A DNA stretch of 64,000 nt from Candidatus Eiseniibacteriota bacterium. GTDB taxonomy: Bacteria > Eisenbacteria > RBG-16-71-46 > DASYSL01. The translations under genes were made by a program, and so were the position numbers. The notes under the pieces are model-generated. The model was not told where the DNA came from, searched no databases, and saw only the letters and a program-made list of their open reading frames with translations. The DNA is taken from assembly GCA_050733935.1 (NCBI GenBank), contig JBOHUC010000098.1, positions 11,033 to 75,032 of the forward strand, read 5' to 3'. Shown one piece after another: positions 1 to 9,055 of this stretch (within the stretch, counting starts at the first letter, position 1; each line of letters starts with the position of its first letter).

Positions 1-717
1 GTCGTAGGCGGGAATCTGCACCTTCTGTTCAGCGGCAGCTTCGACCGCTTCTATAGCGAACCGCTCATCCTCCCCAATCAGCTCCAGATCTACCTCGACG
101 TGGGCACAGGAGGGCAGAATCCGCTGCGGCCCGACCTTCCTCACGTCGGCTTCTACGTGAATCTGCAAGAGATGTCGGGCATGGGCTTCGACTCGGAGTT
201 CACACCGGACTACTGGCTCGCGGGCTCCATGGACGGCGGGGGCGGGACGAACTCCTATTTCGCGTACTACGCCGAGCTCCCGGCGACCGGTGGTGGTGCG
301 GGATATTTCCTGGGCTCGACCACGCCCGGTGGACCCGGAAACCTCACCGGACCCGGCAGCAACAACCCCCATGGCATCCTCTCGAGCGTCGACCTGTCGA
401 ACCGCGACGGAGTCACGGGTGGCTGTGAAGCGGCCTCCGGCGAGGGGGTGACGACCGGAATGGAGTGGGCCGTTCCGCTCGCAGCCATCGGCAATCCGTC
501 CGGTCCGATCCGCGTGTGCGCCGTTCTCGTGGGAGTGGGTGCGCCCCAGCTCGTGTCGAATCAGGTGCTCGGTCCGGTCCCGCCGGGCACGTGTGGGCTC
601 GGCGGGGCCGGTACCGTCAACTTCGAGAACATCGCCGGCGCGCAATTCTTCACAGTCACAGTGCCGACGCCTGCGGTCACGACGTCGTGGGGAAAGCTCA
701 AGACAACATATCGATGA
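1..717 (+). CDS. C-terminal fragment of a Gly/Thr/Pro-rich secreted or surface protein; the ORF is open from window position 1 so the 5' end lies upstream
   Basis: Frame 1 is open from nt 1 to the stop at 715-717. Low-complexity GGGxG and PGxPG stretches; no recognisable catalytic motif. Confidence 0.4.
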   Translation, partial: VVGGNLHLLFSGSFDRFYSEPLILPNQLQIYLDVGTGGQNPLRPDLPHVGFYVNLQEMSGMGFDSEFTPDYWLAGSMDGGGGTNSYFAYYAELPATGGGAGYFLGSTTPGGPGNLTGPGSNNPHGILSSVDLSNRDGVTGGCEAASGEGVTTGMEWAVPLAAIGNPSGPIRVCAVLVGVGAPQLVSNQVLGPVPPGTCGLGGAGTVNFENIAGAQFFTVTVPTPAVTTSWGKLKTTYR

Positions 718-732
718 GCTTCCCGCGGACGA

Positions 733-1569
733 TCAGGCCTTGGTCGCCTCGCTCTCGGTCGCCGCATCCGCAGGCGGAAGGAGTCGGTTGAACCACGCCT
801 GCCACACGGGCGTTTCGCGCGCGGCGACGGTTTTCGCCTGTGCGCCGTAGAGATAGAGACGAACCGACGCGCAGACCTGCCCGCCCATCTCCATAGGGAA
901 GAGATGCGCGACGCCCGAGGTCGGCTCCTCGAGGCGAATGAAAAGCTCCTCGTGCTCCTTGTCACGGACGTGCTCGACAATCCCAGCGAGACGCGGCGCG
1001 CCGTGCGCCGTCTCCACACGCTGTCCCTGGACCAGCTTCCCAAGTCCGAGCGAGCCAAGGACCTTGTCCCAGACCGCGGACTTGCTCTCCGGGCTCATGC
1101 CGAGGAGAGCAATGAGATCGGTGGGCTGCCCACGGAAGTGAGACAGGTAGATCTTGAGGATCCGGAAGAACGAGGGCCAGCCCTGCTCGACGCCCTCGAA
1201 CTGATTGTCCCAATCGTCGGTGCTCGCGAACCAGCTGTGCACGACGCGAACTCGACACGTGCCTCCTGACTTGGCCTCGATCGTCCACTCATCCGCGACC
1301 GTCGGTGAGCCGGGGCCCATGGACTCCTTGCTTTCGGCGGCGAACCGACGAGGCGGGTCCCAGGTCGTGACGACGGCCTCCGACAACATGCCCGGACCGA
1401 AATCGAGGGTGACGGCGCCGCCTTCGCGCTCTTCGAGCCTGGTGGGGACGAACCACGCGGAGATCCCGGGTCCGGTCGCGATCGCTTGCCAAACCTCTTC
1501 CGGCGTGCCGGGGACTTCGGTCTCGACTTCGATGTAACGACGTCCGGATGGATCCTTCTTCACGGGCAT
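733..1569 (-). CDS. SRPBCC-fold protein, AHSA1 (activator of Hsp90 ATPase homolog) family
   Basis: 278-aa ORF with diverse composition. Lies immediately downstream of an ArsR-family regulator with a 9-nt gap, the classic arsR-ahsa1 pair. Confidence 0.8.
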   Translation of the reverse strand: MPVKKDPSGRRYIEVETEVPGTPEEVWQAIATGPGISAWFVPTRLEEREGGAVTLDFGPGMLSEAVVTTWDPPRRFAAESKESMGPGSPTVADEWTIEAKSGGTCRVRVVHSWFASTDDWDNQFEGVEQGWPSFFRILKIYLSHFRGQPTDLIALLGMSPESKSAVWDKVLGSLGLGKLVQGQRVETAHGAPRLAGIVEHVRDKEHEELFIRLEEPTSGVAHLFPMEMGGQVCASVRLYLYGAQAKTVAARETPVWQAWFNRLLPPADAATESEATKA

Positions 1570-1577
1570 GATGCCTC

Positions 1578-2168
1578 CTACTTGCGGGCTTTGCCGGGCA
1601 GAGGGTGAGCCACGACCACCAGTCGATGCGCGCGGCCGCCGGGCGCCGACTCATCGTGGTAGTGCGCGACGAGTTTCGTGATGGCGTTGGTGAGTTCGCT
1701 GCTGAACGCGGCTCGCTCCGCGGGAGAGCGGAAACGGACTTCGGCGTCGATCGAGAGCGTCGCCAGATGCTTGGCTTGCTCCTTCGAACGGCGCACGAGC
1801 TCTGCGACTTCGCGCACCACTCGGGCCGCGAGCGCGATCAGGTAGCGTGCAGACAGCCGATCCGACGCGCGGTCGGGGTCGTTTGCGGCCTCTCCGAGCG
1901 CCGCGGGTGAAACGACGAACGACGCCGCGGTGGCGACCAGTCGGCGCTCGACCAGTCCTCCCCATCGTCGTTCCTCGACCGGGCGAATGAGCCCGTGGGC
2001 CTCGAGCGCACGCAGGTGATAGTTCACCTTCTGGCGCGCGAGTCCCATCCGGGGAGCGAGCGATGCGGCCGAGCCCGGCTCGACGAGCTCGGCCAGGAGC
2101 CGGGCCCGCACCGGGTCGAGCGCGACCACTGCCGTGGCCGGATCGTCGATCACTTCGAGGTCGATCAT
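1578..2168 (-). CDS. ArsR family transcriptional regulator with a roughly 90-aa C-terminal extension
   Basis: wHTH region ('LDPVRARLLAEL...LAPRMGLARQKVNYHLRALEAHGLI'). Start chosen at the internal Met (MIDLEVID) because the upstream part of the 323-aa ORF is Arg/Ala-rich low-complexity. Confidence 0.75.
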   Translation of the reverse strand: MIDLEVIDDPATAVVALDPVRARLLAELVEPGSAASLAPRMGLARQKVNYHLRALEAHGLIRPVEERRWGGLVERRLVATAASFVVSPAALGEAANDPDRASDRLSARYLIALAARVVREVAELVRRSKEQAKHLATLSIDAEVRFRSPAERAAFSSELTNAITKLVAHYHDESAPGGRAHRLVVVAHPLPGKARK

Positions 2169-2184
2169 GGCGGGATTGGACCAC

Positions 2185-2202
2185 TGACAAGATTTGTTGT
2201 CA
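2185..2202. promoter_or_regulatory. Candidate ArsR operator: AT-rich inverted repeat TGACAA-N6-TTGTCA, 17-34 nt upstream of the arsR-like start codon
   Basis: Perfect 6-bp inverted arms seen directly in the sequence. It is AT-rich in a 69% GC background and sits in the promoter of an autoregulatory-type repressor. Confidence 0.35.
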
Positions 2203-2424
2203 AGGGGGGTCTTGCCGCCCGCGAGGCAGCCACTGTGGTTGGGTTTGACACGCGGTATTACCGTGGTTCTACTCCAGGCATGAAGACCGACCGCCGCAAG
2301 GAAGGCGTGACAGCTGCCCTTGACCGGCTCTATGGGGACGAGGCCCTCCCCTCGCAGCTGCCGGACGATCTCCGGGGCCTCCAGGGCGCTTCCATCGCCT
2401 CGGAGCGCTGGTAGTTCGGATGTC

Positions 2425-3201
2425 ATGCGAGTAGCTGCACTCTTTGACATCCACAGCAACCTCCCCGCCCTCGACGCGGTCCTCGAGGAGATTCGCCGTG
2501 CCGGCATCGACCAGATCGTCGTTGGTGGCGATGTGCTGCCTGGCCCCATGCCTCGGGAAACGCTCGGCCGGTTACTCGAACTCGACCGCCCGACCCACTA
2601 CATCCACGGCAACGGCGAACTGGCGATCCTGGCCCTGCTGGCTGCCCCGAACGAAGACGCGGTGACTTACTGGGGCACCACCTCAGGCGCGCCAATGCCC
2701 GAACAGTACCGACCGAACTATCGGTGGACGGCGAAGCAGATTGAGCCGGACTACCCACCGGTGTTGGCGCGCTGGCCCAAGACGTTGCGCATGGAGATCG
2801 ATGGGCTGGGCGCCGTGTTCTTTTGCCACGGTACGCCCCGCAGCGAGACGGAGCTCTTCACTCGCTTGACGCTCGACGAGCGCCTCGAGCCCATCTTCGA
2901 CGAGCTCGACGTGTCGGTTGTGATCTGCGGGCACACCCATATGCAGTTCGATCGGCAGGTGGGCCGGACACGCGTCGTCAATGCGGGCAGCATCGGCGAG
3001 CCCTACGGGGAGCCCGGGGCGCACTGGCTCGTCCTTGGCCCCGACGTCGAATTGCGGCGAACGCCTTACGACTTCGAGCGGGCGGCAGAGCGGATTCGGG
3101 CCACGACGTATCCCGACGCAGAGGCGTTCGCCCGGGACATCCTGCACCCTCCGTCGGAGGCCGAAATGCTCGAGGTGTTCACTCCGTGGGAGCTGAAGTG
3201 A
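2425..3201 (+). CDS. Metallophosphoesterase (calcineurin-like phosphoesterase, MPP superfamily)
   Basis: 'MRVAALFDIHSN' (D-x-H), 'GGD', 'GNGE', 'CHGTP' and 'VICGHTH' motifs. Start at the internal Met preceded by a Shine-Dalgarno-like sequence; the upstream ORF part is low-complexity. Confidence 0.8.
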   Translation: MRVAALFDIHSNLPALDAVLEEIRRAGIDQIVVGGDVLPGPMPRETLGRLLELDRPTHYIHGNGELAILALLAAPNEDAVTYWGTTSGAPMPEQYRPNYRWTAKQIEPDYPPVLARWPKTLRMEIDGLGAVFFCHGTPRSETELFTRLTLDERLEPIFDELDVSVVICGHTHMQFDRQVGRTRVVNAGSIGEPYGEPGAHWLVLGPDVELRRTPYDFERAAERIRATTYPDAEAFARDILHPPSEAEMLEVFTPWELK

Positions 3202-3647
3202 AGCACGATTCCGCCGCGACTTCCGAACTTGGGCGCCTGAACCCATTCGTGGGTGTCTGGAACACGGAGGGCGAGATGCGAAACACTCCTTCCGGCTCGT
3301 CCACGAAGTTCAAGGCGACCGACACTTATGAATGGCTCCCCGGCGGGCACTTCCTCCTGCATCGCTTTGATGCCAACATGCCGGACGGCAACGTTTAGGG
3401 CATCGAGGTCATCGGCTACAGTCAGGAAGACGGTTCCTATTCCATGCACTCCTATGACAGCGGCGGTAATGCTGGCGAGATGAAAGCGCGAGCGCAGGGC
3501 GACGAATGGACGTTCACCGGCGAAGACACCCGCTTCACAGGCGGTTTCCGGGAGAAGGGGATGGTTTTCGCAGGTCTCTGGGAGATGCGCGGGGACGACG
3601 GATTCTGGCGGCCCTGGATGGATGTTCGACTGCAGAGGGTCCAATGA
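3198..3647 (+). pseudogene. DUF1579 family gene interrupted by an in-frame TAG at 3396-3398. GTG start overlaps the stop of the upstream gene. The reading frame is otherwise intact over 150 codons.
   Basis: Two ORF-track pieces (2823..3398 tail and 3444..3647) lie in the same frame, separated by a single TAG. The joined protein resembles the intact DUF1579 paralog at 53049..53729. Confidence 0.5.
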
Positions 3648-3719
3648 GTCCTCCGGTCCGGAGGCCAGCGATGAGCGTGGAGCGCTATCGTTAGCGTTTC
3701 GAGGGCCGTAGGGGAGTAC

Positions 3720-3749
3720 TTGCACTGCACACATGGCCCCCGTTATAAT
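3720..3749 (+). promoter_or_regulatory. Sigma70-like promoter TTGCAC-N18-TATAAT directly abutting the higB start, implying a leaderless or near-leaderless transcript
   Basis: The -35 (3720-3725) and -10 (3744-3749) hexamers are read directly. The -10 hexamer lies inside the first codons of the longest higB ORF, so the true start must be downstream (GTG at 3757). Confidence 0.35.
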
Positions 3750-3756
3750 GGGGTCC

Positions 3757-4050
3757 GTGATACGCTCGTTCGCCGATCGCGCGACGGAAGATCTGTTCAA
3801 TGGTGTATCCAGCGGTCGAGCCAGGCGGGCGTTACCGGTTGGGCTCTGGCCCATCGCCAGACGAAAACTGGACCAGCTGAATCGCGTGCGGGAACTCTCC
3901 GACCTGGCAACTCCGCCGGGAAACCGGCTCGAGGCACTGCAGCGAGATCGGAAGGGCCAACACTGTATCCGCATCAACGATCAGTATCGGATCTGCTTTC
4001 GCTGGGAGGACGGCTATGCCGACGAGGTCGAAGTCGCTGACTACCACTAG
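3757..4050 (+). CDS. higB: HigB toxin (RelE/ParE superfamily, 'plasmid maintenance system killer')
   Basis: N-terminus 'VIRSFADRATEDLF' and C-terminus 'GNRLEALQRDRKGQHCIRINDQYRICFRWEDGYADEVEVADYH' match the HigB family. GTG at 3757 is preferred over ATG at 3733 because of the promoter position. Confidence 0.75.
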   Translation: MIRSFADRATEDLFNGVSSGRARRALPVGLWPIARRKLDQLNRVRELSDLATPPGNRLEALQRDRKGQHCIRINDQYRICFRWEDGYADEVEVADYH

Positions 4051-4078
4051 CCATCGTTCCCGCGCGCGCACGCCGCTG

Positions 4079-4393
4079 GTGGAGCGCCGCCTACCGACGC
4101 GTCGTCCCCCGACTCACCCCGGGGAAATGCTGTTGGAGGAGTTTCTGAAGCCGCTTGGGATCTCTCAGTCCGCGTTCGCGATCCGGTTGGGAGTGTCGTT
4201 CCCCCGGCTGAATGAGGTTGTTCGAGGGAAGCGCGGTGTAACGCCCGATACGGCATTGCGTCTAGCCCAGGTTACGGGGATGAGCGCTGATTTTTGGCTC
4301 GGGCTCCAGCAGGACTGGGACCTCTGGCATGCGGCGCGCTCGCGCGCGGCGGAAGAGATCGCGAGTCTCAAGCCAATCCGGAAAGCAGGCTGA
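4079..4393 (+). CDS. higA: HigA antitoxin (XRE-family HTH)
   Basis: 'HPGEMLLEEFLKPLGISQSAFAIRLGVSFPRLNEVVRGKRGVTPDTALRLAQVTGMSADFWLGLQ' is the HigA signature. The start is uncertain: GTG at 4079, or ATG at 4016 overlapping higB by 35 nt. Confidence 0.7.
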   Translation: MERRLPTRRPPTHPGEMLLEEFLKPLGISQSAFAIRLGVSFPRLNEVVRGKRGVTPDTALRLAQVTGMSADFWLGLQQDWDLWHAARSRAAEEIASLKPIRKAG

Positions 4394-4424
4394 CTCACCT
4401 CTACGTGAGGAAATTGGTCCCCGA

Positions 4425-5438
4425 ATGATACTGCTGGCGTTCCTCGCGCTTTCGCTATCCTCGCCCGCCGTTGATGCGGCTGAAACACCAAGGCTTCCCA
4501 ATACGGATCGCATTCGGATAGCCGAGGCGTTCCGGATGGCAGACTCGCTCGGCAACCGCCTCTGGCCGGACTGGGATAGGGCGCCGTTTGCCGTTCTCCT
4601 CATCACTCCCGAGCAGGAGTTTCTGATCCGCCATCCAAGGCCTTCGGACGACTTCACGCTCGCGGGCGAGGACACACTTCTGAAGAGCAAGGTGTGGCAT
4701 CGGCCCCGGAAGTTTCCGACCCACTTCCTCGCCACGTTTCCAGCAGTGGGTGGCGTTCCCACGATCGTCATCGGTCAGGCGGAGAACACCGAGGCGAAGA
4801 CCTCCTCGCGCTGGGTGGTCACGCTGCTCCACGAGCACTTCCACCAGCTCCAGAATTCCCAGCCCGGCTACTATGACGGCGTGAATGCGCTCGGTCTGGC
4901 GCGGGGGGACTCGACGGGCATGTGGATGTTGAACTATCCGTTCCCGTACGCGGCGCCCGAGGTGAAGGAGCAGTTCTCCGTGATGTCCCGCGCGCTCGCC
5001 GCGGCGCTAAAGGCACGGGAGCGGCCGGACTTTAGCGACAAGTTCGCTGCGTACGTCGTTGCGCGGGAGAAATTCCGTGCCCTGCTCCAGCCGGACGACT
5101 CCAAGTACTTCGCGTTCCAGATCTGGCAGGAGGGGATCGCGCGCTACACGGAATACCGCCTCGCCGAATTCGCTGCCGCAGAATTCAAACCGAGCGAGGC
5201 GTTTCGCGGGCTTGCAGATTACAAGCCTTTCGAAGGAGTCGCGCGCGATCTCGTGGACGGCATCGAGAAGGAGCTTGTGTCCGTTGAGCTCGACAAGGCC
5301 GGACGAACCGCCGTCTATAGCTTTGGAGCGGCGGAAGGGTTGGTCCTCGATCGCGTGCGTCCGGAGTGGCGGAAGGGGTACTTCGTGACGAAGTTCACGC
5401 TCGACGAAAATTTCAAGGGGAGGATGGATGGCCGTTGA
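4425..5438 (+). CDS. Secreted hypothetical protein with an HExxH motif; putative zinc metallopeptidase-like
   Basis: Signal peptide 'MILLAFLALSLSSPAVDA', and a 'TLLHEHFHQL' (HExxH) motif in mid-protein. Confidence 0.55.
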   Translation: MILLAFLALSLSSPAVDAAETPRLPNTDRIRIAEAFRMADSLGNRLWPDWDRAPFAVLLITPEQEFLIRHPRPSDDFTLAGEDTLLKSKVWHRPRKFPTHFLATFPAVGGVPTIVIGQAENTEAKTSSRWVVTLLHEHFHQLQNSQPGYYDGVNALGLARGDSTGMWMLNYPFPYAAPEVKEQFSVMSRALAAALKARERPDFSDKFAAYVVAREKFRALLQPDDSKYFAFQIWQEGIARYTEYRLAEFAAAEFKPSEAFRGLADYKPFEGVARDLVDGIEKELVSVELDKAGRTAVYSFGAAEGLVLDRVRPEWRKGYFVTKFTLDENFKGRMDGR

Positions 5439-5841
5439 TCTGGCGACAAGCGACCGAGCTGTCATTGAGAACATCGTGGGTCGGCTCGAGGCGGCCTGGA
5501 ACGCGATGGATGGCGTGGCTTTCGGGACGCCGTTCGCGAGCGACGCCGATTTCGTAAATGTCCGGGGCGATCATTTTCAGGGGCGAGAAGCAATTGTGGC
5601 CGGACATGTCGGGATCTTCCGGACGATCTACGCAGGGAGCTCGAACCGCTACACGGTCGAGACTGTTCGTCCGATCCGGCCGGACGTTGCGGTGGCGCAC
5701 GTTCGCGCTGTGCTCGATGTACCGCAGGGACCGCTGGCCGGGCGACACACGGCTCGCTTCTCAGCCGTACTGACGAAGGAGCCCGGCGGCTGGGAGATCG
5801 CCTCTTTCCACAACACGCTCGAGGCTCCGCCGCGGCCATGA
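5428..5841 (+). CDS. SgcJ/EcaC family, NTF2-like fold (DUF4440)
   Basis: 137-aa ORF with 'IENIVGRLEAAWNAMDG...FVNVRG' and '...WEIASFHNT' patterns typical of SnoaL/NTF2-like proteins. Confidence 0.7.
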   Translation: MAVDLATSDRAVIENIVGRLEAAWNAMDGVAFGTPFASDADFVNVRGDHFQGREAIVAGHVGIFRTIYAGSSNRYTVETVRPIRPDVAVAHVRAVLDVPQGPLAGRHTARFSAVLTKEPGGWEIASFHNTLEAPPRP

Positions 5842-6221
5842 CCGAGTCCGCTCCGACCGGACGTCAAACTCTCACCGTGCGCATTGTCGTGGAGGATCCG
5901 GCCAGTTTGATCGGATTCCTCAAGCGCGTGTTCGCGGCCACGGGCGAGGTCTATACTGACATCCCTTCGCAGATCGTGATCGGCAACTCCGTCCTCATGG
6001 TCAGCAAGGCCGGTCCTCGAGACGTGTTCCCGGCGTTTCTCTACGCATACGTCGAGGACGCGGACGCCACTTGCGCTCGTGCCATCGAGGCAGGAGCCCT
6101 TCTCCTCGAGCCGGCCTGGGATACGCCCTACGGAGACCGCCGCGGGATGGTGCGCGATCCGTGGGGAAACGTCTGGCAGATCGCTTCGTCTTTGTCACGG
6201 CAGGGTTCCGGCCGTGCGTAG
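5838..6221 (+). CDS. VOC (glyoxalase/bleomycin-resistance fold) family protein
   Basis: 127-aa ORF of PhnB-like VOC pattern. ATGA overlap with the upstream gene. Confidence 0.7.
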   Translation: MTESAPTGRQTLTVRIVVEDPASLIGFLKRVFAATGEVYTDIPSQIVIGNSVLMVSKAGPRDVFPAFLYAYVEDADATCARAIEAGALLLEPAWDTPYGDRRGMVRDPWGNVWQIASSLSRQGSGRA

Positions 6222-7764
6222 AAAGCGCCGAAACTCTCACGCCAGTCTCGCGCTTCTCGTCACCTGCGTCGTGGCTTTCTGCTCGTCTGCACATGCGGAT
6301 TCGACCAAAGATGCGGCGGTCTCCGCCGCGCGCAAGTGGCGCATCGCGAACGAGCGACAGATCCTGAACGAGCACGTCGAGCTCGTGAGAATTCAGAACG
6401 TCTCGAAAGACACGCTCAACATCCGGCGGAATGCGGAGTATCTGCTGACGGTACTCGAGAAGCGCGGAGTGAAGGCCCGTCTCCTCGAAGTTCCCGGGGC
6501 ACCGCCTCTCGTTTACGGCGAGCTGCTCACTCCGGGTGCGACGTCGACCTACGTGTTCTACGCGCACTACGACGGGCAGCCCGTCGACCCGAAGGAATGG
6601 GCGTCGCTCCCGTTCGAACCGACGTTGCGAACAGCGCGTCTCGACAAGGGAGGCACAGTTCTGCCGCTCGCATCCACAGGGCCGCTCGACCCGGAGTGGC
6701 GGCTCTACGCGCGCGCGGTCTCTGACGACAAGGGTCCGATCACGGCCATGATGGCCGCACTCGATGCGCTCAGGTCCGCAGGGATCAAGCCACGGGCGAA
6801 CCTCAAATTCGTGTTCGACGGAGAAGAGGAGGTTGGATCTCCCAATCTCGATCGCCTGTTGAAGGCGCATCGGGATCTCCTGCGAGGCGATTTGTGGATC
6901 ATCGGCGACGGCCCGGAGCATCCGAGCGGGCGACCGACGGTGTCCTTCGGCGTTCGCGGTGTGCAGGGAGTCGAGATCACCGTCTACGGGGCGAGCCGGG
7001 AGCTTCACAGCGGCCACTACGGGAACTGGGCACCGAATCCGGCCATGATGCTCTCCCGGCTCCTGGCCTCGATGAAAGACGCGGACGGTCGCGTTCTCAT
7101 CGCGGGCTTCTACGACGACGTGACGCCGCTCACGAAGTCCGAACGTGCGGCAATCGACGCGATTCCGAACGATGACGCCGAACGAAAGCACGACCTATCG
7201 CTGTCGCGTACCGACGGTGGAGGAAAGCGGCTCGCGGAGATGATCACAGTTCCGGCTCTCAACGTACGCGGCCTCTCGAGCGGAAAGGTGGGCGAGGAGG
7301 CGGCGAACGCGATCCCCACGACCGCGACCGCCTCGATCGACATCCGGCTCGTCAAGGCAATGGACGGCGCGCGGACCGTGTCGGCCCTGATCCGCCACGT
7401 CGAGAAGGAAGGCTATTTCGTCAAGCCGGACGAGCCCGGGCCGGACGTCCTCCGCGCGCACCCGAAGGTGGCTCGAATCACCGTCGAGACCGGCGGGTAC
7501 AATGCCGTCCGCACTCCGATGGAACTGCCGGTGGCGCAGAGGCTGGTCCGCGCGCTCGAAGGGATCCGGGGGCCGCTCGTGCTGCAACCGACGATGGGTG
7601 GGAGCCTGCCCCTGGCCGTGATCGAGGAGATCGTTGGCGCGCCTACCATCACCGTTCCGACCGTGAACTCCGACAACAACCAGCACGCGAAGAACGAGAA
7701 TCTCCGCCTGGGCAATCTGTGGACCGGCATCGAGACGATGGCCGCGTTGTTCGTGATGGAATAA
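6214..7764 (+). CDS. M20-family dipeptidase/peptidase, secreted
   Basis: GTG start giving 'VRRKRRNSHASLALLVTCVVAFCSSAHA' as a signal peptide. M20 metal-binding hallmarks: 'HYDGQPV', 'DDKGPI', 'FDGEEEVGSPN'. Confidence 0.85.
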   Translation: MRRKRRNSHASLALLVTCVVAFCSSAHADSTKDAAVSAARKWRIANERQILNEHVELVRIQNVSKDTLNIRRNAEYLLTVLEKRGVKARLLEVPGAPPLVYGELLTPGATSTYVFYAHYDGQPVDPKEWASLPFEPTLRTARLDKGGTVLPLASTGPLDPEWRLYARAVSDDKGPITAMMAALDALRSAGIKPRANLKFVFDGEEEVGSPNLDRLLKAHRDLLRGDLWIIGDGPEHPSGRPTVSFGVRGVQGVEITVYGASRELHSGHYGNWAPNPAMMLSRLLASMKDADGRVLIAGFYDDVTPLTKSERAAIDAIPNDDAERKHDLSLSRTDGGGKRLAEMITVPALNVRGLSSGKVGEEAANAIPTTATASIDIRLVKAMDGARTVSALIRHVEKEGYFVKPDEPGPDVLRAHPKVARITVETGGYNAVRTPMELPVAQRLVRALEGIRGPLVLQPTMGGSLPLAVIEEIVGAPTITVPTVNSDNNQHAKNENLRLGNLWTGIETMAALFVME

Positions 7765-7773
7765 GAGGTTTGC

Positions 7774-8169
7774 ATGAGCGCGGAAGTCCGATCGGGAATC
7801 CTGACGGAGGAGAATCTACGAGGCGAGGTGGATCACATCCGGGACTACCTGCTCGCCCGTGGATTCGAGGACATCGTCGTCATGTACGGACTGGCTTGCA
7901 ACCTCGAGATGGACGACCTCTATCAGGAGCGTCCTCTCAAGACCGACGCACTTCCGGAGTTCGTACGTGCAAGTCAGCAGAAGGGTGTCTTCATCCTCGG
8001 CGAGTGTGACCTGCACGTGGACTCGACGGACATGACGGTGCGTTTCACCCTGTACCACGAGTCGGATGTTCACTTCGAAGGGAGCCCCGAGGAGGCCGGC
8101 ACGCTCAGGGACCGCTGGCAGGCCCTGGGGTACGCGCCCCATTTCGTCCAGGACGGGAGCGAAGCGTGA
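7774..8169 (+). CDS. Hypothetical protein
   Basis: 131-aa ORF with diverse composition. A Shine-Dalgarno-like 'GAGG' lies upstream. No family recognised. Confidence 0.5.
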   Translation: MSAEVRSGILTEENLRGEVDHIRDYLLARGFEDIVVMYGLACNLEMDDLYQERPLKTDALPEFVRASQQKGVFILGECDLHVDSTDMTVRFTLYHESDVHFEGSPEEAGTLRDRWQALGYAPHFVQDGSEA

Positions 8170-8176
8170 CGATCAC

Positions 8177-9055
8177 ATGGACTGCGTCGATTCGCCCATG
8201 AAGGATTTGTCGGAAGGCGCAGGCCCCGCCCTTCCCTACGTACTCGGTCACTCGGATCGGGAGCTCGAGCGCTTGAGCGCACAAGCCCGCCTCGTGGAAC
8301 CGGCCACGCGCGCTTTCTTCCTCGAAGCGGGGATCGTTCCCGGAATGCGAATCCTGGACGTGGGCAGCGGTGCCGGTGACGTCGCGTTTCTGGCTACGAA
8401 TCTGACGGGCCTCGACGGGTCGGTCGTGGGCGTCGATCGGGTTCCGGCCGCCGTCGCAACGGCCCGACGGCGAGCCCAGGAACGCTCGCTCGGGAACGTC
8501 TCGTTCGTCGACGGGGATCCGGCCGAGATGACGTTTGACGAACCGTTCGATGCCGTCGTGGGTCGGTACGTGCTTCTCTTTCAGAACGACGCCGCAAGGA
8601 TGTTGCGCCGGCTCGCGAGGCACCTTCGGCCCGGCGGCCTTCTCGTGTTTCACGAGCCGGACTGGACCTTTGTGCGATCCGTTCCGCGCGCGCCGACGTA
8701 CGAGCAGTGCTGCCGATGGATCGTCGAGGCGGGGATCCGGGGAGGCTCCAACTGGAACATGGGGGAAAAGCTGCGTCCGACCTTCGTCGACGCGGGATTC
8801 CCGGACCCCACGATGCGGATGAGGACGTTCTTCGGAGGGGGAGAAGCGGCTCGCGAGGTCCTGCATGCGATTGCCGAAATCGCCATCACCCTTTTGCCGG
8901 CCATGGAGAAGTTCGGCGTGGCGACCGCTGCCGAGGTCGACGTGGCGACCCTGGCCGACCGCATGTGGCAGGAGGTCGCCCGGAGCAACGGCGTCATCAT
9001 CTGGCGATCGGAAATCGCCGCATGGTCGCGGGTTCGCGACGGGAGGGACGCGTGA
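8177..9055 (+). CDS. Class I SAM-dependent methyltransferase
   Basis: Motif I 'ILDVGSGAGDVAFLA', followed by post-I and II-like elements. Confidence 0.75.
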   Translation: MDCVDSPMKDLSEGAGPALPYVLGHSDRELERLSAQARLVEPATRAFFLEAGIVPGMRILDVGSGAGDVAFLATNLTGLDGSVVGVDRVPAAVATARRRAQERSLGNVSFVDGDPAEMTFDEPFDAVVGRYVLLFQNDAARMLRRLARHLRPGGLLVFHEPDWTFVRSVPRAPTYEQCCRWIVEAGIRGGSNWNMGEKLRPTFVDAGFPDPTMRMRTFFGGGEAAREVLHAIAEIAITLLPAMEKFGVATAAEVDVATLADRMWQEVARSNGVIIWRSEIAAWSRVRDGRDA

